Positions 63,636 through 64,000 of a stretch of 64,000 nt of DNA are shown here, one piece after another; positions within the stretch are counted from its first letter, which is position 1; each line of letters starts with the position of its first letter. The stretch lies in NCBI GenBank assembly GCA_016932785.1, contig JAFGCJ010000003.1:104971-168970 (forward strand), given 5' to 3'. The DNA is from Candidatus Dojkabacteria bacterium. Its GTDB lineage: Bacteria > Patescibacteriota > Dojkabacteria > SC72 > JAFGCJ01. The notes beneath the pieces are model-generated. The model was not told where the DNA came from. It worked only from the letters and a program-made list of their open reading frames with translations, and made no database searches. Position numbers and translations under genes: made by a program.

Positions 63636-64000
63636 ATGCCTACAGTTAACCAGTTAGTAAGAAAACCAAGAAAAAACAAGAGAGAAGCGAGAAAAAGAAT
63701 TGCCTTGGCTACTAACAGAAATACGGTAAAACATAGAGTGAAAGTTGCAAAAAACCCTTTTAAAAGAGGAGTTTGTCTTCAGGTCAAAACCGTAACACCC
63801 AAAAAACCTAACTCAGCGCTCCGCAAAGTTGCTAGGGTGAGACTATCGAATGGTATGGCTGTTACGGCATACATCCCTGGGGAGGGTCATAACTTACAGG
63901 AGCACTCTGTAGTTTTAGTAAAAGCTGGTAGGAAAAGAGACCTTCCAGGTGTTAGATATATTGTTGTTAGAGGCAAGTATGATACACAGGGGGTTGAAGG
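63636..64000 (+). CDS. rpsL: 30S ribosomal protein S12 (3'-truncated by the window edge)
   Basis: Hand translation from ATG 63636 gives [15 protein letters not shown]...[53 protein letters not shown]. It is not in the ORF track because no stop falls in the window. Confidence 0.95.
   Translation, partial: MPTVNQLVRKPRKNKREARKRIALATNRNTVKHRVKVAKNPFKRGVCLQVKTVTPKKPNSALRKVARVRLSNGMAVTAYIPGEGHNLQEHSVVLVKAGRKRDLPGVRYIVVRGKYDTQGVE

Noticed and set aside
1-64000. Checked for CRISPR arrays, IS elements or transposases, integrases, reverse transcriptase/DGR repeats, rRNA genes, inteins in large genes, and stop-codon reassignment.
   Set aside because: I saw no regularly spaced direct repeats, no transposase, integrase or RT-like ORFs, and no long terminal inverted repeats. 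The conserved genes I aligned by eye (for example rpoB, rpoC, dnaA, valS, metG) read through without in-frame stops, so there is no sign of stop-codon reassignment and the standard code 11 fits. This was done by eye, so short or degenerate repeats could have been missed.

Overview
This is a low-GC bacterial chromosomal window, standard genetic code, with a small-genome housekeeping set. By inference only, it resembles a reduced-genome lineage such as Patescibacteria/CPR: short aaRS and YidC, many orphan ORFs, PEGA and DUF4012 envelope proteins.

It spans the replication-origin neighbourhood, with dnaN and dnaA on the minus strand diverging from rpmH-rnpA-yidD-yidC-jag on the plus strand. It also carries valS, metG, rpoD, dnaG, ftsK, rsmA, a RodZ-like gene, an envelope/polysaccharide cluster (CapA-like, epimerase-DUF4012 fusion, PEGA, MraY/WecA-family transferase) and rpoB-rpoC-rpsL at the right edge.

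Two CDSs run off the window edges and are missing from the ORF track: a PAS/GAF sensor at 1-1762 (minus) and rpsL from 63636 (plus). RNA genes read directly from the sequence are tRNA-Ser(CGA) at 4442-4529 (minus) and a one-piece tmRNA at 37446-37867 (minus).

The most interesting signals are non-coding:
- The metG 5' leader has a promoter, then a 24-codon ORF with five Met codons among codons 10-15, then overlapping alternative hairpins and an intrinsic terminator. This is the classic layout of a ribosome-mediated attenuator, here apparently tuned to Met-tRNA charging.
- valS has a textbook T-box leader with a UGGUACC bulge antiterminator and a mutually exclusive terminator.

Other points:
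- The usually adjacent dnaA and dnaN are split by about 5.7 kb. The insert carries a histidine kinase and a two-gene cassette (E1/ThiF-like adenylyltransferase plus an unassigned, possibly GNAT-like protein) with its own promoter.
- DnaA-box clusters lie on both sides of that insert.
- There is an Erm-like rRNA methyltransferase in addition to KsgA, a Flp-type pilin-like small ORF, and a surface protein with an LAxTG-type sorting signal.
- No CRISPR array, transposase, integrase or rRNA was seen.
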